DNA of 63,075 nucleotides, the filler included, from Basidiobolus ranarum (taxonomy: Eukaryota): the NCBI GenBank assembly GCA_040143965.1. It is 23 parts of 23 records of this genome, joined end to end, with 100 filler letters (N's around TTAATTAATTAA, not from the genome) between each part and the next. Parts side by side here need not be neighbours in the genome. Positions count along the whole stretch, not along the records: positions 49,498 to 52,135 come from JASJQH010003113.1; positions 52,236 to 54,872 come from JASJQH010003114.1; positions 54,973 to 57,607 come from JASJQH010003115.1; positions 57,708 to 60,342 come from JASJQH010003116.1; 19 more parts are not named here. One strand, 5' to 3'. The notes below the pieces were generated by a model. It was not told the origin of the DNA and searched no databases. It worked only from the letters and a program-made list of their open reading frames with translations. Shown one piece after another: positions 49,809 to 60,442 of the stretch. The stretch's first letter is position 1; every line of letters begins with the position of its first letter. A program made the position numbers and the translations under genes.

Positions 49809-51462
49809 AAGTTCTGGTCACATAACAAAAGTTTTAAACATCTATATATCTCGGAATTTCTAAGTTCCAACTTCAAATAGGGGGTGGATTTTTAGTAAAA
49901 TGTAGAATAGCTGCATACCAAGTTATAATTAACTATCTAGGTGTTTAGGTAATGATATTCTAAGTGTCAGGTAGGTTGTATGATTCAAGATGACAATACA
50001 CTTATCTTAGTAAACAGCAAGTAAAACATATATACTAATGCATGGTGCTATTACTTCTAATACTTAATTATCTGATATTTTGTGTATTTTGAGCAAATAT
50101 TGCAGAATGATGACTTGGTATATCATTACAATATCAGAGAGTAGCATGTTAGGTCATTATATCTGAAAATAAGAAAATATGTTTAACATATTCAAGTTTT
50201 GTATAATTATCCAAAAAGGATCTTCTATAAAATGTGGCTTTGTTAAAATAAAATAACTCATCTTTAGACAATATCTCATCATGTCATTCTAATTAAATTC
50301 TTCATGATTTTACGGCAAGTAAAACATGTTTGAGACATATTTTAATAACAAGCAATATATTAAAATACATAGCAGATGAAGCACTCAGGTTGTGACAGAG
50401 CTAATAATATGATTCATCAAAATGTATACATAGTATAATCATATGATCATTGGTACGTCAAGAAAACACTAATCTCAAACTTGTTTCAAATTGTACATAT
50501 ACTTATTACTTATTGATTCTATTCCATATGGGGCAGCATCATTACTTTCTTATGAAACTAAAACTTTTGAACATTACAATATCTGAAACCAGTACTATGT
50601 GAGCACTCAATATTACGTTGGGAAGAGTGTCAACTATTTATGAGCAAGAGTGCCAAATATAGAGCTTTCTCAATTTAGGATTTATTATCCTATTCAGGAT
50701 GATATGATCTCAATGTGAAGTGTTGAGATTCTGTCAGAATATGTATAAATCAATTAATTTATGTGTAAGGGATTCAGCATTTAGATGTGAAACCAAAAGA
50801 TACGTCAGTTGAGGGTACCCACTTTAGTGACAGTGAATATATAACCCCAAATTCTGATTAACTTGTGCACAACTTGATTGGTTTCGAAAGAGCAGAAATA
50901 AAAGCCAGATGCATGTTTAGTAGGTCCTATATCATCAATACCCACTTTGGTAGAAATAATTGAAGTGATGTGGCTTTGATCGATCGCTACCTTCACTGAA
51001 ACACATTTTTGCAATGTGAGGCTCTTCATTGTATAGTACATCCATCTCGGAAATGGTCACCTGACCATGATTAGTCTACTTATTCGATATCAACCTCCAG
51101 ATATCCAATGGTGAACTGGTAATACCTTGCTCATTCTCGGAAAATCAGTGCAAGCCATTAATGCATCTATAATGAATGGATTTAGGAGTAAAGGTATAAT
51201 AGTGTATCAGCGTTGTTCCAATTTTTCATTTTGCTATCTTTGCAGATGGTAGAAAAGATATCCACTAATCCTCGCAAAGCCTATATAAGGCTGCTTAGCT
51301 TTGTTTAATAAAACAAGTACAAGCCATATAGAATACTTATCAGTCTTCCAGTATTGGCTAACCAGAGCCTCATTTCATCATAAGATTGTATTTTCAACAG
51401 ATATCTACGAATCAATAATTTACCTAGTTACAGTATTATACATAATTTTAGTGAGAATTTCC

Positions 51463-52135
51463 ATGCAATCGTCAATTTCAGAGTTGTTACATCACTTACC
51501 ACTATCACAATATCTACGCCAAGTCTCACACCACCATAATTATTATCTAACTCCAACTGTACAGTCCGAGATTCTAATTGCTTTTCTTACTTCTCTATGC
51601 GCCAACAACGATGAATACCAGTACCTTCTATTCCCCGATAAAGATAACCCCGACTTAAACGAGAGTGGTACAGACAATCATGAACTTCCAGCATATCGCC
51701 GACCAAATCACTGTGGACATTTATTTGAAGACGGGGAAGTCGTTTATCACTGCAGGTGATTTTAATTGAGAATATACTTTATGTACAATTGAACCATTTT
51801 GTTAATACTTGACCGTATGCTACACAAGAACATGTGCTGTTAATAATGCATGTTCGCGATGCTTTCTATCCACCAAACACCAAGAGCATGATACCCACTC
51901 TTCGATAAATTCAGGGCTTGCTGAACGTTGTTCTTGTGGGGACTCTGATGAATATGGCCTATCTTACCCACATCACTCTACAAAATGCGATTCTTCTGAT
52001 GAGTATTCATCAGCTGACTCCTTGATGGATACTAAACAAGTGCTACCGGACGATTTGTTAGAATCTGTGCGTAAAACAGTCGCTACAGTATTAGACTTCA
52101 TATTGGAAACCTGTCTATTTTCTCCTCCAAGATGG
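51463..52135 (+). CDS. UBR1-like N-recognin E3 ligase, N-terminal part with divergent UBR box; exons 51463-51755, 51829->52135
   Basis: RRPNHCGHLFEDGEVVYHCR/TCAVNNACSRCFLSTKHQEHD...RCSCGD..., then LPDDLLESVRKTVATVLDFILET, typical of fungal Ubr1 N-termini. GT..AAG intron keeps the frame. Confidence 0.85.
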
Positions 52136-52520
52136 NNNNNNNNNNNNNNNNNNNNNNNNNNNNNNNNNNNNNNNNNNNNTTAATTAATTAANNNNNNNNN
52201 NNNNNNNNNNNNNNNNNNNNNNNNNNNNNNNNNNNCAGAGGTTCCGAGGAACTTGACATTAGAATGGGAGTCGATTTTCACTATATATCTCAAAATAATA
52301 TTATTCATTATACTTATGGGACACAAGATAACTCGATGAGGTTTTGAATCAAATGGCTATACCCAAATAGGAGCAGCTTGATTTATTTCGATTGGACCAT
52401 TACAAATTTCCTCTTTTTGGTCATTGCTGCTATCGCTCCTAAAATCGATTAGCTTCTCCTCACCAAAACTAAGTAATAAATATAAATACAAATTTAAACA
52501 GATAATTTGAAATGCCAAAA

Positions 52521-52576
52521 TGATGAGAGTGGGATTCGAACCCACGCCTCAGAAGAGACTACGACCTGAACGCAGC
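52521..52576 (-). pseudogene. 5'-truncated tRNA-Leu(CAG)
   Basis: GCTGCG TTCAGGT CGTAG, long variable arm TCTCTTCTGAGGC, T arm GTGGG TTCGAAT CCCAC, 3' acceptor TCTCATC-A, then TTTT. The D arm and 5' acceptor strand are missing. Confidence 0.8.
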
Positions 52577-53420
52577 AATACCTCAAAATGCAGCTGAAAA
52601 GTACGGTTCTCCTCAGGCCGGTGGTGGCAACAGTGGTGGGAGAAAGGTTGGAAATATAAGTTACCACGAACAATCATGGTGTATGTACAGGAAGAATAAG
52701 TATATGCAAACTTAGGAAATTTCAACTCTCTGGACCACAGATGCGTGTTTACCTAATCTCAGCCTCCCAATCGGTATTGTTGGATTCTAAAGCATTACAT
52801 GAGATTAAAGTGAATGCATAAGCTTTCCATCAAGCAAAAATACAGGTAGGGTAGAAAGGCTACTTTTCGATATGGATATGGATATGTAGAGGCTCAGTTA
52901 AGCTAGTCGATGCATATCGCATGAGTTGCAAGTATTGCACAGTTCTTTCAGTTATTAGATGAGATGAAGAAAATCTCTTGTAGCTAGCTGAGCCATATGA
53001 AAATAGTATCATGAACTGTGTAGAGATATTGCGATAGTGTCCGACTCCAAATACTTGTAGGGATGAAAATAAAAAAGTATGAAAAAGTAATATACAAACT
53101 AACTTTACAAGCACAGAATGCCAAAAACCTAATCTTGTTGCTCAAATGTCTTCTAATCCTTTGGAGAGAACATCTTGATTCTAAAGCACTATTCTCACTA
53201 TATATTAGTTTATAGTAGGTAGGTTGCTCTAAGAAATGACTGAAACCTGCCCAAATACAACTTTTGTAATAAATGTCTAAAATCTAGGATCTGAGTAATA
53301 TTTGATTGTTGAGTAAATTTTGAGATTGGGTGGGATTATTCCCAAGTACTGGGCGAAACGTTTATTTGTTTGAAGACGTCTCGGGTTATTAGGGTTAGTT
53401 TAAACAGTGTGTTCTTCAGT

Positions 53421-54872
53421 TTAAACAGTGTATTCAGATGATCGCAGAGTACACCTATCACTTTCTTTGTTTGCTTGTTCAATAATCATATCAGCAGCCT
53501 TTTCACTGACCATTTCAATAGGGACGGTAACAAAAAAGCCTGGGATCTTTGGGAATATGGAAGCATCCACTACCCGAAGTCCTTGGATTCCATAGACTCT
53601 AAGTTGATTGTCCAAAACTGCCAAAGGGTCATCTTTGCTACCCATCTTTGCCGTGCAGCAGGCATGATGGCCCCAGCTATTGTGTCTGACATATTCTTCC
53701 ACGTTTGCATTAAGACCAGGCAATAGTTCTTTTTTGACATACTGCTTATTGAGTGGACCTTGTTCGAATTGCTTACGCATCCATTTCAACTGCTTCGCGT
53801 TATCACGTATATCATCATCACCATCAGACCAAAAAAGAAAGTTTATGTCTGGGACATCGGTCGGGTCAGAAGATCTAAGCTGGACATAACCGTTATTGTT
53901 CTTAGTATGGCCTTTGAGCATAACAAAGCTCACCTTATCGGTAGAGTTACCGGCTTCAATAGAGTAGCCTTGATGGTAGCCATAGAACATTGCAACTGCC
54001 CCAAGGATATAAACATTAGGCTCTTCAAGCTCTTTAGAAGTCTTTGTACTTATACCAAAGATTGCTCCAGAGGCCGCATACGGGCCTGTGTGCTTCTCGG
54101 CATAAGCAACAAAGCACGGATTTTCGAGAGGATTGGCGGAATTCCTGCATTCAGCTAAGTCTTTATGAGGATATTGCATTTGTAGATTTAGTGAGATTTC
54201 TTGATGGTCTTGTAGATTCTTCCCTACACCAACCAATCCTGATTTCACTGGGATATCCCAGTTTTTCAGCTGGTGTGGATCGCCAATACCACTTAACATC
54301 AACAACTGAGGAGTGTTGAAGGCACCACCCGATATGATAATCTCACGCTTTGCATATACCGCCCGTTTATTACTGCCGTGATTTTTATGAAGTGGACTAG
54401 CTTTGTAAAGATTGGCTCCTTTCATGTATTCGACTCCGGTGGCGGTATTTCCGTCATCAATCAGTACCTTTGTGACCAGTGTCTCTGTCCATACTGTGAG
54501 GGATTGTGGGGCCTTCTGTACTGCATATTTAATGAAATACCTTACACTTGATCGCACATATCCATTCTCCTTATCGATGTTTTGGGGAGGTAGATGCCAG
54601 CCAGCATGACGGTTCGGGTACAAAGAGTCCTCGCTAGCTCCTCCGTTCACGTCTCCACCTGGTGTTGGCAGTATACTTGTGATGAGATTTTAAATAGGAT
54701 CATTAGCTGTAGGTCACCGCTTCTAAAGCCGGATACTATGTCAAGAAACGAGAAAGAGGCCCAACCAATGTTTTCATCTGGGCTCTCACGTTCTTTCTTC
54801 ATAAGACGATTAAAGTATTTTCTCATATTTTGATTTGTCCATGATTGATCATCCAGCCCCTGAGCAATGTTA
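53421..54872 (-). CDS. GMC oxidoreductase (choline dehydrogenase-like / AA3), C-terminal two thirds, intronless, with one apparent frameshift near 54690
   Basis: AKREIIISGGAFNTPQLLMLSGIG, GVGKNLQDH, GYVQLRSSDP.D.P.INF, WGHHACCTAKMG, LRVYGIQGLRVVDASIFP. The upstream part (..DDQSWTNQNMRKYF..) is in a different frame. Confidence 0.95.
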
Positions 54873-57264
54873 NNNNNNNNNNNNNNNNNNNNNNNNNNNN
54901 NNNNNNNNNNNNNNNNTTAATTAATTAANNNNNNNNNNNNNNNNNNNNNNNNNNNNNNNNNNNNNNNNNNNNTGAGTTCAGACTAGGAAGTGCCGATGGC
55001 AATAGTAGGGGGTTGCGGAGGGTGAGGTGGGTGAGATGCTTGGCAGTGGAAATTCCCTCTGAACAAGCAATTGCACAAGAATTCGAAATCTTGGGGTTTT
55101 TGTGCATTTACTCAGGCCTAGTCTACAGAGTCATAGTTGGGGAAGATTTTCTCCTGGTTGTACACGTGACTTGGGTATCTTCTGATGGTTTTTATTGACT
55201 CAAAGCTTGATTGCTGCTTAATTACTTTCGGCAGATCATTGAGAGGTTTCCATTAAAATCACACATTATCGCCGTGACTGCAGTTGCAATTAACTTGGTG
55301 GCTCGATTCTCAGGTTCTGAACCAGTGCATCTTCGGTATTCCAACGCTTTGAATGCAGCAAAAAAGGATCATTGTATTGATGTTACTAAAATGAGAAACC
55401 ACTCTGTCTAAGATTGGTAATAACGAATCTAAACGGATCCTTCGAAAAATATCATTAAAGTAGCAACAGAGTGCTCAGCAAAGGGGTTAGGGAAATGCTT
55501 GAAGTGGTATAGGGTTAGGATTCGTTGATGTTAGGGTTAGTCCGCATTACCGGTACGTTTACAAATCCTGCTACCCAGACTCTTTTGTGGTCTGTTCATT
55601 AGTGCTGATAGAACAGCAATTCCGAATTGACGGCAGATTGCAACTAATTCCGAAGATTTGAGCATTAAGATTGATATATGCTGACAAGAGATTACTTGGT
55701 GCAGCCAATCAGGGAGATGTTTTATTTTCTCAGTGTGAGATCCATGGCTTTAATGCATTTGACGATGATCAAAATGGAATAGATATCTGGATGAAAGGGG
55801 CACCATATTTCCATATAGTAATAATATGCATTTAACCCGTAAATGATTAGATAAGCCATCTTTAAATTATCCTATTTTATTTATATCCAATGTTTACATG
55901 TAACACTTTCTGTAGTTATGGGTGTTGGTGATATTCTTGTTATCAGTCCGAAAGCTGCGCTTGAACTATCCCCATATTACTAGTTAGAGTGGATACATAT
56001 TATTCAGGCAGATAATCTGTGGTGAGTGTTGAGGACTGACACCCTTTTGTAGTTAGTCACTATTATTACTTTGATAGGGTTCATACACTGATTACGAACT
56101 CTTTGTTTCTCGCGGTACTGAATAAAGCTCCTTGAATTGCTTTTCTTCTTAGCTAACTCTGTTTACCTATTTTTTTAGTTTGGCCGAAGAAATTGAAGCC
56201 TTTGAAATCATGAGTGTCAGCTTTCATGCGTTTCGTAGGTCTCGCTCCTACAAATGCTGAAATCGCTTATTTAATTCATATTTTTGTTCTTTAACTTCTA
56301 GGCTCAATCTTGGTTTTTGTTTGTACGGATTTACACAAGTGCGTAGGAGAATGAACACGAGTTATTTATTGTTATAGAGTTTTGCAGTATGTTCAATGGA
56401 TTTAGTAATAGATATAATTAAGGGGAATGTGCGGGTTTAAGAATAGGTCTTTTTACAGGGAGGGAAAGGGGGGATTCCTGGGTATTTCATGGGCTCCTAC
56501 TTGGGCCAACTTGATAAGGATATGAGACAAGCCATATTGAAGGTAGTTAGAGAAGAATTGATTTAGATTAGTGATCTTGGAATCCAGTGTAACAAATATT
56601 CCATTCCCATGCCATGCATACCTTGGGATAATTTGAAATCAAGTGTATCTAACGTGTATGTATTAACAATCATTCGTATTATGTTGCTTAATTATACTGG
56701 TTCTCATTATTCTTTCTATCTGACAGTATTTCAAGAGATTGAAATTCGTTCATCATCCTTCTTATTCAGATTCTATTCAATTAACATTGTGCAAGGTATG
56801 TAGGATTCACTTGGATATAGCATATATAATTTATGACGTTTGTATCATGTCCCGTTCACCTCGTACACCATTGTGTTCCCTAGTGAATTTCATCACAAAT
56901 ATACACATCTCTTGATAGAGTAGTTGAATTGCTGACACTGATGGTATGGATTATTGCTTAAGTCAATTATTGATGTATGAGTCGATATAGTGGTGTTCTT
57001 CCATTAATCAAGTCTAAGTAAGCTCCCATCTGACGTTCATAATTTCCCATGTATTCGTTTAAGAACTCCTTATTTAGTGGCAAAATAGTTAAGGATTTGT
57101 GCTTTACAAAAGTTCGTGTATCAATTTTATTCAGATAACTGGTCATGATCTTTATCGTCTCTAGAGATCATCTATTTACTATATATGTATGCTTGCATGG
57201 TAAGAGGATAATGGTGTGTTGAGATTGGGCTATGATTCCATCCATGTCGCAGAGTATATGATGA

Positions 57265-57576
57265 CTACTGTTGAGGGGAATCCACTTGTTTGCTTAGCTC
57301 ATATGCACCAAGTTCTAGTGGCAATTTCGGAAGACTGGTAATACTAGGGTTTTCCATTTCTTTGACAAACTCCTCTTTTTGCTCTTCTTCCGTAGCTAAT
57401 TTCGGATGCTCTTCATCTACTTCTTCTTGCTCCTCTGTACTAACTTCAATCTTTCCTCTCATTAACGTTTCACGTGCCCGATTAAACGCGACATCGTACA
57501 TACTGGGTAGATGATCCATAACCATACTACTGCGAATTACCAGCTCTGAGAAGTTTTCTACCGGAGTTCGTTCCAA
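57265..57576 (-). CDS. Possible C-terminal exon of a hypothetical acidic protein
   Basis: 103-aa Glu-rich frame in CpG-retaining DNA near a contig edge; a TAA lies directly upstream and there is no recognisable motif. Confidence 0.3.
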   Translation of the reverse strand: MERTPVENFSELVIRSSMVMDHLPSMYDVAFNRARETLMRGKIEVSTEEQEEVDEEHPKLATEEEQKEEFVKEMENPSITSLPKLPLELGAYELSKQVDSPQQ

Positions 57577-57707
57577 TTATTGTCGTTTGGGCTGGGAGGC
57601 TGTTGGTNNNNNNNNNNNNNNNNNNNNNNNNNNNNNNNNNNNNNNNNNNNNTTAATTAATTAANNNNNNNNNNNNNNNNNNNNNNNNNNNNNNNNNNNNN
57701 NNNNNNN

Positions 57708-58143
57708 AAGATCTTGCAAAATAGTTGCACATGATTGCCTACAATCTTAATGAACTAAGGATCAACACATGTGCAAAAAACGTAACTCAAATTTTACACA
57801 ATTAACACTTGAATGATAATTTGTCATCTTTCAAATCCCTGGTTTCTTTGATCTATTCTCCTGAACATTTTTATAGAGGACTTCATTCCCAAGGTTTAGC
57901 TCATATCCAACACAAGTTTGTGTCAATGTCTCCATCAAAGCCCACCATTGTATTTACATTGCCAAATGAACATTCTTCTAGCTATCTGGTGGATATCCTG
58001 CAACATTATACCACTCTGTATTAAATTCTTCCCATATATCTGCACAGTGAACACTAAATTCTTCAGAAGCCACTTTCTGCATACTTGCACTGTGTTTCTC
58101 CCCTTATACTTCTGAAAATAATCCTCAAGCACTTTTACTATTC
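57708..58143. repeat. Repeat shared with 5278-5412; probable left arm of the CACTA family
   Basis: GATC.TGCAAAATAGTTGCACATGATTG.CTACAATCT block occurs in both places. 5203-5270 in turn matches (reverse) the subterminal sequence at 3155-3210 and 22034-22075. Confidence 0.6.
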
Positions 58144-58925
58144 CCCTAACAAAAAAAATTGATATGATCCAGATTGGATCCACCCTTCTGGATTGCAAAA
58201 CTGTCAGAGAACCAACAAAATATTGGTTGCTTGCATTTTGCCAGGGATTTTGATGTTGAGATGGTGGCTTCTTGACAGTATTTTGATGGTATTCGAAGAT
58301 GGTAAAGTATTGATGCTCATACTAGACATGTGTTATTTAATTTTCAACAATTTTTGCAAAAAACTAATTTTTAAATGGCAAACTACTAGGCCTACAGCTG
58401 TAGGAATTTTGATTAATATGTATGCCATCATTTAGATATATTAGGCTTTGTATTCCAGCCAGAATGAATATCAAAAAAATACAAGTATCTCATTATTTTT
58501 GGTCTCTACATATGAACATACTTGACTGATCAGACATTACTTAACAACATCAATATGCTTTACCAGCAAACTAATGGTGGAAAAATTGCTCAACATCTGA
58601 GATTTTGAATAACACTGACACTGGGTAAATAGCTGACTCTTGTTACCATTCACAATGAGTATAAGCCTAAAGATTTTGGCAAATTACTGTAAAGAGTTCA
58701 GCCAAAATATCCCCAACCTGCAGTCAATAAATGTTATGCCACAAGTTGATATGTGATTGCTTGAATAGATTAGCCCATGACTAAATTAATAATATTGCAT
58801 ATCTAGATCTATCACACCAAGAAGTCTGTATTGCAGTTTTCCTAGAAATACCATCAATTATCACACAAACAAATTAGTATAACTTAAAAATAAACTTACT
58901 GTGAGTCCTTGGATTGGGTTTACTC

Positions 58926-59214
58926 TGTTGAAAGTCTGGTGACTTGTGGTACAAGCAGTAATTCCCAAAGAGGAAAATATGGAGTATGGTGACTGCATCT
59001 GAACACAAAGTCTAAGGCCAATCAGTTGCTTGTATAGCTGAAATGCCAAAGTACCATACATTGACAGACTAGTTTAAGGTTCCCTAGCAATATAGGCATA
59101 GCATACAAGGACTGGTAGCACAGTGGTTAGAGCACCTTACTAGAGTGAAGGAGGTCCCAGGTTCAATTCCTGGCCAGACCAATATTTATCCCTAAGTAAT
59201 TTCAACAGGTTATG
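58926..59214 (+). mobile_element. LTR family D (58926-59207) followed by a copia-type primer-binding site
   Basis: Perfect 8-bp inverted ends TGTTGAAA / TTTCAACA, directly followed by GGTTATG(CGCC), like the GGTTATGGGCCC-type PBS of many copia elements. Confidence 0.75.
59109..59181 (+). tRNA. tRNA-like element (73 nt, nominal anticodon AGA, short variable loop) inside an LTR
   Basis: Acceptor GGACTGG/CCAGACC-A (1 mismatch), D arm GCAC-AGTGGTTA-GAGC, anticodon arm CCTTA-CTAGAGT-GAAGG, variable AGGTC, T arm CCAGG-TTCAATT-CCTGG. A box and B box are recognisable. Probably not a translational tRNA. Confidence 0.8.
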
Positions 59215-60061
59215 CGCCGCAATAAGTTGATACCATAAAAATATATTGATAGTATCCACAAACTACTCCCAATGTTGTCAGTACTTGTCAGGCAGAAATA
59301 ATCTCAAGATTCAACTTCAATATATACCATTCCAATGCTTCCAGTCTTTGCTTTTGGATAAACACCTAGAAGAGTCAATATTGATAAGAGTCCTGGTAAA
59401 ATATGACAGTATCTTGACATTTCCAAGCATTTTCTTAATTGATTCAACTTTGATCATGTCTTGGAAGGCTTATTCATATTAAATTTTCCACTATATAGCT
59501 GGGTAGGTATTATTGGAATGCTATCAAATAGTAAGTGCAAAGAGCCTAATGGCAAGCTCTGGCTCCAGCTGATCTCCTTTGGCAATATAATCTTAGGATT
59601 ACAGCTAATACCAAGTTTGCTGCTATATTGACTATTGGGTAAATTCATATCACTGAGCATGTTAAAATCTCACCAGTCTCTTGGTGGTAACATCATGGAG
59701 TTTAGTGCTGTATTTTGATAGTAGTAATATGTATGCCTGATAGAGTAGACTTCATTGATTTGATAACATCTACAGCAAGATAGTACATTGTTCCTGCAAA
59801 AACCTCCAAGTTTACTGATGGCAAGAGTGTTGCCAATACATAAGTGATGTTAGCTTTAAAAAAATATTCACCCATCCGAGCCCCAATAGATAACTATTCA
59901 AGTTCCACAACCAAAGGACTCAAGAAGCTATTCTTAACCACTGTTGATTTAGGTTAATATATGATGGATAGTATTTAAATATTATGACTCTAATAATGTT
60001 CCAATGAAGGAAGATTTAAGTTAATAAATGTTATTGCCCAGCAAGCCTTTCCAATGGTAGG

Positions 60062-60342
60062 TATCACAATAAGGAACTGGACAAGGACTGGAAACAACAA
60101 CAAGAGGCTAGAAGGCAGGAGAGTACTTGGGCGTAGACCACAAGACAAGACAAGACTGGACACAGAAGATACTTTGGCAAGAATCTTTATTGATAACTGG
60201 CAATTATCAGACTAAGGTCTGATCAAGGAATACATGGGGCTTATATAGATATTGCCAGGTGAAACATAATATACTTAATAGGGAATATACTGTGGCAAGT
60301 TCTAGAGTTGAGGTGTTGGGGACTACAAGGACCAATACAAAG
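60062..60342 (+). mobile_element. LTR family B (partial)
   Basis: TATCACAATAAGGAACTGGACAAGG... Confidence 0.85.
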
Positions 60343-60442
60343 NNNNNNNNNNNNNNNNNNNNNNNNNNNNNNNNNNNNNNNNNNNNTTAATTAATTAANN
60401 NNNNNNNNNNNNNNNNNNNNNNNNNNNNNNNNNNNNNNNNNN

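Larger units (their letters stand above)
58144..60060 (-). mobile_element. Old CACTA copy (right end + transposase) interrupted by an LTR
   Basis: CCCTAACAAAAAAAATTG start; transposase homology on both sides of 58926-59225. Confidence 0.88.

Noticed and set aside
54685-54698. Programmed -1 frameshift in the GMC gene
   Set aside because: The TTTAAAA run is not in the phase required for a canonical X XXY YYZ slippery site; an indel is simpler.
57708-58143. pogo/Tigger transposase fragment (GEKHSAS-like peptide)
   Set aside because: No DETG-type catalytic motif; nucleotide overlaps tie it to the CCCTA-ended element instead.
59109-59181. Functional tRNA-Ser(AGA) gene
   Set aside because: No long variable arm, mismatches in three stems, no oligo-T terminator, and located inside an LTR.
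2657-60442. Regularly spaced TTAATTAATTAA as a CRISPR-like or biological repeat array
   Set aside because: Always embedded in fixed N runs; it is a six-frame stop linker.
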